Part shown: positions 43,115 through 52,490 of the stretch, piece by piece | Layout of the letters: each line of letters begins with the position of its first letter | Numbering within the stretch: the first letter of the stretch is position 1 | Assembly (NCBI GenBank): GCA_025603075.1 | Contig: MU626342.1 | Location: 1-64,000, forward strand | Direction: 5' to 3' | Length of the DNA stretch: 64,000 nucleotides | DNA from: Neoconidiobolus thromboides FSU 785 | Taxonomy: Eukaryota > Fungi > Entomophthoromycota | Program-made: the position numbers and the translations under genes | Notes under the pieces: generated by a model | What the model was told of the DNA's origin: nothing | Database searches by the model: none | Seen by the model: only the letters and a program-made list of their open reading frames with translations

Positions 43115-43837
43115 ATATGCTGGGATCATGATTTAATATTTCAGATAAATAATGAAAGTAAACTTTGCCTATTGTTTTATCATCTTTTAAATATAATATA
43201 CCAAAACCTAATACTGATATAGCTTGTTTATTATAATGATCTAAAGTTATTAAATCTGATCTTGTTCCTATTTCCATATTTTGTTTAAATCTAAAATTAT
43301 TATTATTATCGATAGTAAACTTTGTTAATATATCTTTTCTTTATTTTATTTTATTACAAAATCTCATAAACCCTGGGTTGTTATAAGTAGCTGTTAAAAT
43401 TGATGTAAATAAATTACAATGTTTATATTGTATATTCCTCCCTATTATATTGAAATTTTCAAAAATTCCATTTCGAAGTTTAGTTATGAAAGTTTGCATT
43501 TTATTTTTATTTCTATTTCAACAAAAAATAAAGTTAAATAACTATTTATATAATTATATAATTATATATTATATATTCATTAAATATTTAACAAAAACAA
43601 CATAAAATATATAGTTATAAAAATTGATTATTTAAGAAAAGGAGACAATCAAAATAAGTTTTAAATAAAGAGATTTAATTTTAGGCTTTTTAAATTTAAC
43701 CGTCACTAAAGACGCAAATTTAAAAACTTAAAATTTGGATTAATTTCTAAGTAAATTTTGAAGCCAATTCGGACAATCCCATATTATGAATTGATAATTA
43801 ATATAATTATAATATTGGTTCCTATCTTTGTTTAACA

Positions 43838-44296
43838 ATGCCTGAATATGTGATTATCTTCGACAATGATCTTATCAAAGATGATATAGAGAACATAAAA
43901 CATATAATGCATTCCAATAACGATGTGGAATGTGATTTGGATGACGATTTAACCTATATAACCAACTTTATGTTTAACGATAAAGTCATCACTGGATCGA
44001 ACATAGAAGAGCTAACGGAGTCCATCAATATCGAAGTCACTAAAAAAATGTCTGATATGGGAGTTTCTCATGGCCCATGGCACACTAATGTGATTTACAT
44101 AAACAAAGAATTGTATGATAAAGGCCTTGCAGAAGTTATGTCTTCTTACATTAATCAAAACAAAGAGAGAGTATATAGCAGGTTCAAGTGTGAATACAAA
44201 GACATATGGATCATTGTTTTTGATGATACAGCTCCTGCTGTCTTTATGTTTGAGCATGTTCGTGATGGTATGTTAGACACCACCGGTATGAATTAG
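43838..44296 (+). CDS. Viral hypothetical protein, possibly HAD-superfamily phosphatase
   Basis: Intact 152-aa ORF with N-terminal hhhDxD (VIIFDND) and C-terminal hhhhDD (IIVFDD), matching HAD motifs I and IV. Confidence 0.4.
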   Translation: MPEYVIIFDNDLIKDDIENIKHIMHSNNDVECDLDDDLTYITNFMFNDKVITGSNIEELTESINIEVTKKMSDMGVSHGPWHTNVIYINKELYDKGLAEVMSSYINQNKERVYSRFKCEYKDIWIIVFDDTAPAVFMFEHVRDGMLDTTGMN

Positions 44297-44363
44297 ATTA
44301 AAAAAGACTTCTGATCATAAATGAATAACTGTAACTCATAGTTCAGAAGTCTTTTTTAATCTA
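44294..44363. terminator. Perfect 21-bp hairpin between convergent viral genes
   Basis: tagattaaaaaagacttctga (44294-314) and tcagaagtcttttttaatcta (44343-363), 28-nt loop. Confidence 0.75.
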
Positions 44364-44370
44364 TATTGTT

Positions 44371-45222
44371 CTAATAGTATCCATGGATTAGCTGTCTATG
44401 GGGTAGAAAGATACCTTTCTCGGCACTATTAGCTGAGTTAGAGTTAGCTGCGTTAAAGTTAGCTGCAGTGTTTGTTCCTCCAACATTGAAACTGTTATTG
44501 ATCTCAAAGTACTTACAGCATCTGTCATTAAAATTGTTGTAGTTAGTGAAATCTGTATAAGCCCATCTAGGTAACCCTCTATACCTTTTTCCAGTGAAAG
44601 GATTATTTTGGTTCGCGAATACAGAGGCTGAAGGGTATCCTTGAATAGTTGCTATGCCATTACTGGCGCTTAGCGAAGGACATCTCCGCCCTGAATAATG
44701 CTCATACATTTTAGTAACTTTATGTCTTTGTCCTGCACTTCTATTCTCTCCCTTAGGAACACACATCGATGATCCAAATCCTACATTATGTGTGCCTGCT
44801 GGTGGGAACTTATCGCAATCAGAACGCTCTCTTATAAGAAAGACATTTGTTGGGTTTGCACCCCAGGTCTTACGTATATCGTGTCCGGGGTGATGACCAC
44901 TAGAAAAACTACAGAAGTTGTTATCACCGCATCCTATATCATCGCGTCTAATGTCGACAGGTGTTTTAGCATTCGGTTGGAGTGCGACATCAGACTTTTC
45001 ATCACCCTCCAGGATTATTCCATTGCCCCATGCATTGACATCTGGTACGCCCCGTCTTATCGCCAGTTTCCTTAATCCATTTATCCCGTTCTGGACATTG
45101 CATGACAGACGAGGGTAATTTGCATGAGGATAATATATATCAAAAGCTACGCTAGCGGGCCTTGCTTGTGAATTGAGACCTGAGAATAGAGTGAATGCAA
45201 ATGCTAATGCAAGAGAATACAT
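44371..45222 (-). CDS. Secreted Cys-containing protein of unknown function inside the viral element
   Basis: Intact 283-aa ORF; N-terminal hydrophobic signal peptide (MYSLALAFAFTLFSGLNSQA); 8 Cys; G/N-rich; several dibasic sites. Confidence 0.75.
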   Translation of the reverse strand: MYSLALAFAFTLFSGLNSQARPASVAFDIYYPHANYPRLSCNVQNGINGLRKLAIRRGVPDVNAWGNGIILEGDEKSDVALQPNAKTPVDIRRDDIGCGDNNFCSFSSGHHPGHDIRKTWGANPTNVFLIRERSDCDKFPPAGTHNVGFGSSMCVPKGENRSAGQRHKVTKMYEHYSGRRCPSLSASNGIATIQGYPSASVFANQNNPFTGKRYRGLPRWAYTDFTNYNNFNDRCCKYFEINNSFNVGGTNTAANFNAANSNSANSAEKGIFLPHRQLIHGYY

Positions 45223-45330
45223 GATATTATATTCAGAAGAAGAGTAAAGTCTTCAATTATCTTTGGATTGTATTTTTGTTTTTTGGTGATAATTGAAGAT
45301 GTATGACTTTCACATAAATATTTAGTCTGT

Positions 45331-46602
45331 TTGATGAAGAAGAAATCAAAGAATAATATATCACCTGCATCCATATGCAAGAAGTTTGCACTTTCGATTG
45401 GTGGTACAATTAAATGTACCTCGTGTGAAAACAAGATCATTGCCTATGAGGAAGATGGTCTTTGGAAGTCTGAAGATGGCTATGTGAGGCTCAGCAAGAC
45501 TTTGGATAGTTTCCTCGAGGAGAAGGATATCGATTATAGCATTTCTACGCGAAGTCAGATGATCATGTATTGTCACACACTTGTTTATCACGATGAGTTC
45601 TTCGAGGATAATGAAGACTGTAAATACATAAGGCCTAAGTCTAAGGTGCTGGATCTTGGGAGTGGGAGGGTGATTGACCCATCCCCTGAGCATCGTTCCC
45701 GTACATCGATGAACTTTGGCCCCGATCCTACGGTGCCAGAGATGGTGGAACAGTTGTTGGAAGAGTTGTTCCCAAACAAAGAGGTGCGTGAATACTTTGT
45801 AAGATATCTTGAATCCTACCTTGAACCATACAATCGTGACAAGATGATGTGTGTGTGGCTGGGGAATGGGAACAATGGCAACTCGGTGATGACGAAGATC
45901 GTTGAGAAGATATTCGGAGGATATCATGCTAAGCTTCCATTGAACATTCTCACGAAGAAGAAGAATGAGTCTGGTAATGCCACGCCAGAGGTTACTCTAC
46001 TGGCTGATCCCCACTTTGCTGTTATCCAAGAACCAAATGCACATGAGATGATCAATCTTAGTACGTTAAAGGAGCTTACAGGGAATGACTCCATCTATGT
46101 TCGTAAGTTATATAGTAATGCTGAGGATATTTGGATCAAGGCAAAGATCATCATGGTTGTGAATGCACTTCCATTTATAGATTACGATGATCCAGCGGCC
46201 AGGTCTAAGGTGTGCTGTATTCCGTTTCAGACCAAGGTCTTGCCCGAGAAGAAGATCGACGCTAGAAAGGGTATGTATGTTAGGAAGATGAATATTTGGT
46301 TCGCTGATAAGATTAGTCATCTAGCGCCCAAGCTGTTACATAGGATCATTCAAGAGTATCCTGTGTATCGCAAAGAAGGGTTATTGGACTCGGAGTTTAT
46401 AAGAACTTATATTGATGGTTGTCTCTCCAAGTTTAATACGTTCGAGAACTACCTCAAAGAGCATAGGGAGATGATGGGAGACTTAGAGATGTTTAATAGT
46501 TATTCATCCTGGCTGCGTTATAAGTATCCGATGCTAAAGTATAAGATATTGGATTATGAAGATACAATCTATAAGCTGAGGGCGATAAAGGGATCCTTTT
46601 AG
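45331..46602 (+). CDS. Viral D5-like SF3 helicase (D5_N + P-loop), no AEP primase domain; Walker A Lys replaced by Asn
   Basis: LEELFPNKEVREYF, WLGNGNNGNSV (normally GNNGKS), GNATPEV, FAVIQEP..E.IN..LKELTGNDSIYVRKLY: the NCLDV D5 pattern, closest in my recollection to iridovirus/Pimascovirales proteins. Confidence 0.9.
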   Translation: MMKKKSKNNISPASICKKFALSIGGTIKCTSCENKIIAYEEDGLWKSEDGYVRLSKTLDSFLEEKDIDYSISTRSQMIMYCHTLVYHDEFFEDNEDCKYIRPKSKVLDLGSGRVIDPSPEHRSRTSMNFGPDPTVPEMVEQLLEELFPNKEVREYFVRYLESYLEPYNRDKMMCVWLGNGNNGNSVMTKIVEKIFGGYHAKLPLNILTKKKNESGNATPEVTLLADPHFAVIQEPNAHEMINLSTLKELTGNDSIYVRKLYSNAEDIWIKAKIIMVVNALPFIDYDDPAARSKVCCIPFQTKVLPEKKIDARKGMYVRKMNIWFADKISHLAPKLLHRIIQEYPVYRKEGLLDSEFIRTYIDGCLSKFNTFENYLKEHREMMGDLEMFNSYSSWLRYKYPMLKYKILDYEDTIYKLRAIKGSF

Positions 46603-46744
46603 GATGGATCAAAGATAAGGATCAGATGGAATGGTTAAGTGTGATGTATCATATTTGACCATATCATATATAATACTTAACCATAATAAAAAAACATCAT
46701 ATTTGACCATAATATGTAAAAGACTTTTTAATAGAGTGATTTTA

Positions 46745-48773
46745 TCACATATTACCACCATCCACAGAACACATTTCTTGATATACTTTCTTAGGATACC
46801 TCTCCATATTGATGATAGATAATATCTCTGTCAATGGATTGATCATCTTCTTCTGTATATAATACAGATAATTTATATCAGGTCTATTTCTATCATCGGA
46901 TAGGAAGGCCTTCGTGCCCTACAACCTATCCTCAGACTTACATAAAGCATACTCAACCCTTTCGCCAGACGCTAAACGTACCTCTTCTTTAACATATACT
47001 GCATGTTGGTGTCAAGAGCATACTGGTCATTGATACTAGTGGAAACCAGAAGATGATCTTTATTCACCTTCCGCTGGAACATCTTTACCATCCGATTCCT
47101 GACGTAAACCTTGATATGCTCCTTGGTCCTATCCTCCTTCATAAGCTCAAGCACCGTCTCATAAGTATCCCTTCGCTTCATTTCCACGCCCTTATACGTC
47201 GCGCCATCGGTGTGGTAGGCAATGTACCGCTTCTTTGATAGTATAAATAGATTTGTGTATATGTTCTCGAACTTCAGCCTTATGGGATCAATGAACAGCA
47301 TCGACACATCATCAGCAATCTTCTTTGTCTCCTCTTTTATATCATTCACGTCATCCCTATCGGAGAAGTCAATGATGCATGAGTCTGTATCTCCATGGTC
47401 AACCTTCCTCCCCACCGTGTTTTCAATGTACTCAACAGCATCACCGATGCATCGGCACCCTATGGCAGTGGCACAGGAAACACCTTCCACAAAGTCCTTT
47501 GAAAGAAGCCCATAGATCGAGTTGGCGGCAATCTTGTAGCACCACTGCTTGGTATGGTTTGAACGATACTTGTTCCTCGTGCGGATGAGATCCATAACCA
47601 GCTCTGGTACCACACCCTTAGATCCCTTTCTGAAGTACATCTTTCGCCCATCCACATCGATACAGTGATATTCACTGACCTCACCTTCACGTATACTCTC
47701 CCTATAGGCTGTGTAGCATATGTTATAAGCTATCATGATGGATGGGTACAAGGATGCAAAGTCAATGATAGAGTAGTTCTTATACACCCCCTTCCTTGGC
47801 TCAAGCACAAGACCTCCCTGGTACGGATCTTGTTTTCTCCCACGAGGCAGTTCATAGACAAAGTCCTTCTCGTGGCACTTTGCATAGAGCAACGGTATAA
47901 CCTTGTGTCTCTGTCCCCTGGTATGGACGTCCTGTATGGAGATGTTAAGCACCCTCGACATCTCAACCAGTGTTGTGATGATATCCAGCTTATCGATCAG
48001 CTTCTTCACAACCATCACATCCCTGATACAGTATTCTGTTATCCTGGCCATGTTGCCATCGCTCATATCAAACAAGCCCACATCCACCTTCCCCTCCCTA
48101 AGATAATGCTGTGATACATAATCAAGTGAGTATTTGGGGAGCTTGTATTCCTTCTTGATGAACTCCATCACATCCACATTCTGATACCCATCCAGGAGTA
48201 CATGGCTATTGAATCCAATGGGGGCTGCGTGCACAGAAACTTCATCCTATCGTGAATGTATCTGTTATCAAAGCCTAACGTGTTATAACCTGATACCAGA
48301 ATGGGTCTTGCTTTATCCATCTCACTGAATGAGAAAGCTATCAGTCTCCTTTCATCCTTATCATTGAGCACAATGGGCTGGTGATCACCTTCGCCATCAA
48401 ACGCGACTAACACAATCAGTGTGATTCGATCTTCGGCACAGGTCGGGACAGGCATCCTCTTACGGTTCGATGAAAGCACCTCAATGTCATAAATTACCGT
48501 CGGCAAAACTGGTATCGAATCATCTTCTACCCTGTTTCCCTGCCCATCGACACTGCAGCAGAAGGTGATCTTTCTCTCCATAAGGAACTTCGTCACTGGA
48601 TCGATGCTATCCTTCGACCTAGACGGGCTGTTCTCAACCATGCTATAAAAAAGAGATGGGTATGGGACACATAAAGACTTTCTATAGACCCTCTTTGACC
48701 CTTGGTGAAACTCTCTTTTATACTCTATGTTATTATAGGTGAGTGATAATGTGTGACTATTTAAACCCTGCAT
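46745..48773 (-). pseudogene. Viral family B DNA polymerase (RNA-primed type) with 3'-5' exonuclease, frameshifted
   Basis: ExoI VIYDIEV, ExoII SGYNTLGFD, ExoIII YCIRDV, region II QGGLVLEP..DFASLYPSIMIAYNICY, region III KIAANSIYG, region I HGDTDS, SKKRY, tail GERVEY..DINYLYY...NPLTEIL. Confidence 0.95.
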
Positions 48774-48846
48774 ATAATCACCCCATTCTTATACTCCCAG
48801 TTATAAACAAACATCTATCTGATGCTATCACACCTTGAATTCCCTT

Positions 48847-49218
48847 CTATAAGATAAAACTATTAAGTTCGGTGATATTAATCAAGTTTAACACTTCACT
48901 GGGCACGTAGAAAATATTGTTCTGTATACCGTAATAATCACTGAATCCTTCTTGAGATAACCCCCTTGCTGGTATCTTCCTTATATTCCTATTCATCGCC
49001 GCTCTATCACCATAGATGACCGTAATATCATACTTTCTCCTTTTGGTTTCCACAAGGATGTCATGAACATGATACACATCTATTTCATCATCGGCCGTGT
49101 GAGGGGGCTTAATCCTACACTCGAACTTCGATAGAGCGTTCTCTTCACTAACCAAGATACCGTCCACCTTAACAACCATCCAGTACATCTTATCGTAACC
49201 AATGATATAATGATTCAT
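48847..49218 (-). CDS. Viral ORF, possibly the separated N-terminal domain of PolB
   Basis: Same strand and directly upstream of PolB; YIIGYD..VVKVDG and SDYYG recall the PolB N-terminal domain; no 3' A-rich end motif between it and PolB. Confidence 0.4.
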   Translation of the reverse strand: MNHYIIGYDKMYWMVVKVDGILVSEENALSKFECRIKPPHTADDEIDVYHVHDILVETKRRKYDITVIYGDRAAMNRNIRKIPARGLSQEGFSDYYGIQNNIFYVPSEVLNLINITELNSFIL

Positions 49219-49236
49219 GCAATCATTCGCGTCATT

Positions 49237-50289
49237 CTAGGATGGATAGATGCAAACGTTGTTGTGATCAAGTACATTGACATTGACCCCCTTCATATGC
49301 TCATAAATATCCCTATACTTGATCAAATCATATCTTACATTGCGATTGATGACATTATACCTTACAATAGTTTTAATCACTTTATCATTCCTGAAGAACT
49401 TGACCTTGGATCCCTCCTCCACAATGTCGTGGATGTAGTTGTACGTCGATGTTCCCTTAATGATGCTATGATCCTTTTCATAGCATGTTGGTATATATGG
49501 GTATTGGTGCATATTAGGTAAAGTGTTTAGTTTCATCCCTATAAACATTTTCGGATTGTTGCATATGAACTTCCTTCCCACGTATGCAATGCCCTTGACC
49601 CGCACACCCACCCCTTGCGTGTAATACAACTGCTTATCTGATAGAATCTCAAAGTGGCTTACTGGCCTCTCAGTAACATCTCTGACCGCGCGTATGTATC
49701 CAACGTTGCGTGAATAGTTATTCACGAACAGATCATCCTTGATTGACATTGTCTCCATGATATAGTCCTTTGCCTTCTCCACCGAATACTTGTTCTTCAC
49801 CTCCACCTTCACATAGGATCTATAATACTCAAGAACCCGTATGCCTGTGCTCCAATTGGTGAAGTGGATCTTGGAGTTCGTCTTTACATCCAAAACATAA
49901 GTCTCATACGTCTCCGCCTTAGACAGACATTCAATACGAATCTTATGTTGGTTGTATTCTTGATAAGCATGGCTGTTCTGTACAACTATCTTGTTGGAAA
50001 ACATTTCATTATCCACCACTCGCGTACTTAAATCATAACTAATGATGCATAATGCGTCCTTTGGTATTTTATCCGGTATCAGGGGATGTATGATGTTCCA
50101 TACATTCTCATCTCTGATACTAAACTTGGAACTTATCTTAGCATCATAGTTTATGAGAACATAATAACCCATCTCTTTCTTGTTAATAAGCCCTATGGTA
50201 TCATATAGGGTGTATATGTTTAGTTCCTTATGGTTATAATAGACTCTATTATAGCAACGTATAAAGTCGCGGAAGTAATCTTTGAGCAT
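49237..50289 (-). CDS. Probable viral early transcription factor large subunit (A7/VETF-L-like), shortened
   Basis: FICNNPKMFIGMKLNTLPNMHQYPYIPTCYEKDH matches the C...G...N.L.N...P..PCC..D motif I recall for NCLDV VETF-L homologs. Confidence 0.5.
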   Translation of the reverse strand: MLKDYFRDFIRCYNRVYYNHKELNIYTLYDTIGLINKKEMGYYVLINYDAKISSKFSIRDENVWNIIHPLIPDKIPKDALCIISYDLSTRVVDNEMFSNKIVVQNSHAYQEYNQHKIRIECLSKAETYETYVLDVKTNSKIHFTNWSTGIRVLEYYRSYVKVEVKNKYSVEKAKDYIMETMSIKDDLFVNNYSRNVGYIRAVRDVTERPVSHFEILSDKQLYYTQGVGVRVKGIAYVGRKFICNNPKMFIGMKLNTLPNMHQYPYIPTCYEKDHSIIKGTSTYNYIHDIVEEGSKVKFFRNDKVIKTIVRYNVINRNVRYDLIKYRDIYEHMKGVNVNVLDHNNVCIYPS

Positions 50290-50361
50290 GATATATTATT
50301 CGCCTTATTTATCTTATATCTTCAATTACAGAGGGATAGGACCCATCGTTGCATTTGTTTT

Positions 50362-51048
50362 TTATGCTTCTCTTTTCTTCAGAGTCATAAAGCTTGACTC
50401 TGGCTGCCCTGTTATCCGAGCCACTTCATTCAAAGTCACAAACCTTAGGTTCTCATAGAAGCACAAATACCCATCAACCATCGTTCTCATATCAAGCCTT
50501 TCTATATCATACCAATACGGTTCAACCTTCTCAATGATATCATCGACATCGATATTGTGTATATTGTATTTCCGCGAGCTTACCTCACGTATCAGCTTTA
50601 TACCATTCAAGTTCATCCTCAGGCAATTATTGTAGAAGTCAACCACTTCATCCATATGCCTGTAGCTTCTTGTTGTATACGCCTTCCCCGATAGTTTGTT
50701 ATAACACCCTATCGCCTTCTTTTTATTAATGCTTGTTTCTGTGGGAATGTGTTTTCCACAATACTTCGACCCTTGCTTATATCTGAATGAACATCTCTTT
50801 CCCTTATTCAGTCCATAGACCAATGTAGCTTTGCATGTATGTTGTACATCCACCTGTGTCTTCTCTACCTCAATCTCCTTCTCATATAGCTGAATGTCCT
50901 TCTGCTCTATCTCCGCTTGCATCTCCTTTAGGTTCCTCGATAGCCTCTGATTGGCTTCCATAAGATCCTGTTTCTCCATAACCAGGTCACTTATCTCCTT
51001 TGTCCTGTCCTCCATCTCTTTAATATCACACCCACTACTTCCATTCAC
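50362..51048 (-). CDS. Viral coiled-coil + C3H Zn-finger protein
   Basis: Heptad E/K/Q-rich N-terminal part, then CKATLVYGLNKGKRCSFRYKQGSKYCGKH, a CxA...G.NKG..C......C..H motif of the type seen in NCLDV proteins. Confidence 0.6.
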   Translation of the reverse strand: MNGSSGCDIKEMEDRTKEISDLVMEKQDLMEANQRLSRNLKEMQAEIEQKDIQLYEKEIEVEKTQVDVQHTCKATLVYGLNKGKRCSFRYKQGSKYCGKHIPTETSINKKKAIGCYNKLSGKAYTTRSYRHMDEVVDFYNNCLRMNLNGIKLIREVSSRKYNIHNIDVDDIIEKVEPYWYDIERLDMRTMVDGYLCFYENLRFVTLNEVARITGQPESSFMTLKKREA

Positions 51049-51074
51049 ACTCTTTATATCCTTTATCTTATCTA

Positions 51075-51642
51075 TTCCAATCTATTTATTGAGAATGGCA
51101 AATGTAACGCAGTTAAGACATTTCTCTGTATTACTATTCTGACTCCATGTCCTGAATGTATTTGTGAGTATATCAAAGTTACCAGTGTATTTGGTCAGTG
51201 CTTCGAACACAGGCCTGGGTATATATTTGTCTTCACAGCTCTCTATGGCAATATCATCATATCTGAATCTGATGCCTGGCGCTAGATCAAGGATGTCCTA
51301 TATCGCTTCTTCCGCAGTAGTTTCATCCAACACTCGGCTGTTACTCACAATGATGTCAATTATTCTCTTTAGTAAAGTTTCATATGACCTGTATTCGGAT
51401 AGATCAATACGATCAAACCTATTCTAAGAGACCTTGAGGTTTGATGGTGGCTTGAAAAGGTCTTTATAGAAACGCATTGCCATGGGAAAGGCCTTCTCAT
51501 GCCTGATACCAAATGGAACTCTCTCGTATCTCATGATGGATCTCTTACCCTTCTGTTCATTCCGTGCTTTCATATATTCTTCTCCAAGGCTACCACAACA
51601 GAACGAAACCTCATCATCGTAATAGCTATATTCCTTATACAT
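51075..51642 (-). pseudogene. Viral hypothetical gene interrupted by stops
   Basis: The 72-aa ORF continues in frame past stops (NRFDRIDLSEYRSYETLLKRIIDIIV..). Confidence 0.45.
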
Positions 51643-51927
51643 TTTGTTTATCTTTTTTAATTATCATAGGATGAGGCGCTTAGGAATAACCCCTCACTGA
51701 TAGTAAAATCATCGCTAATCCAGACATCATCATACTTAATCTTATCACCAGATTCAAACATCAACTATACAAGAGGTCTCATAACCTTCTTGAACCCAAG
51801 CAGAATAAAAGGCGTGATGCAATTATCCTTATAACATAAGCTCCAAAAATGTGTGTACATGTCTTTGAGAATAATGATGGTTGTCTCCTGAAACATCTTC
51901 TGATCGGGTGATCTCCATCAGCTGTAA

Positions 51928-51981
51928 CTCTGCTAAACTATATACAGTATCTCTGCTAAACTATATACAGTATCTCTGCTA
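51928..51981 (+). repeat. 23-bp tandem duplication (ctctgctaaactatatacagtat x2.3)
   Basis: Read directly from the sequence. Confidence 0.9.
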
Positions 51982-52051
51982 TCCACATCCCAAGTCTCAC
52001 TTATACTGTAAGAAATAGTATCCGCATCTTTGGTCGCATTATCTCCTTCCC

Positions 52052-52490
52052 TTATATTTTTGAGGATTCTCTGGGAACTATAACAATACCCATAGGGAAG
52101 TGTAACACACCGATCGATGCATCATGGCATCCTTCTATACTCTGTATATAATAATCCTTATCAAGCATATTTTGGCTACATGTTATTTCTGGATATTCGG
52201 ATACTTCATTATTGATGATATTATATGAAATATTCAACCTCTTTAAAGATATGACAATGTCTATCACTGATATTCTTCTTTTATACATTTCTCCTTTATC
52301 CATATAATGTAAATAACTATCTTTATCCACCAACCTTACTGCATGTACTAAATCTTTTATAACAGTTTATATATGTTTATGTGAACGCTTATATCTAACT
52401 TTGATGTTAGCTTCGTAGAACGACAGTAGTAACTTTATTCTAGGTATACCATTGTCTATCGAATCATTGGATTCTCCGACATTATGAAAT
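52052..52490 (-). pseudogene. Viral hypothetical gene, weak histone-fold-like segment
   Basis: The frame extends upstream of the 93-aa ORF through one stop; RRISVIDIVISLKR aligns without gaps to H4 KTVTAMDVVYALKR. Confidence 0.3.

Noticed and set aside
46745-48773. Polinton/Maverick or linear-plasmid protein-primed PolB
   Set aside because: Motifs are of the RNA-primed delta-like type; I see no TPR1/TPR2 insertions, terminal protein, integrase or long TIRs.
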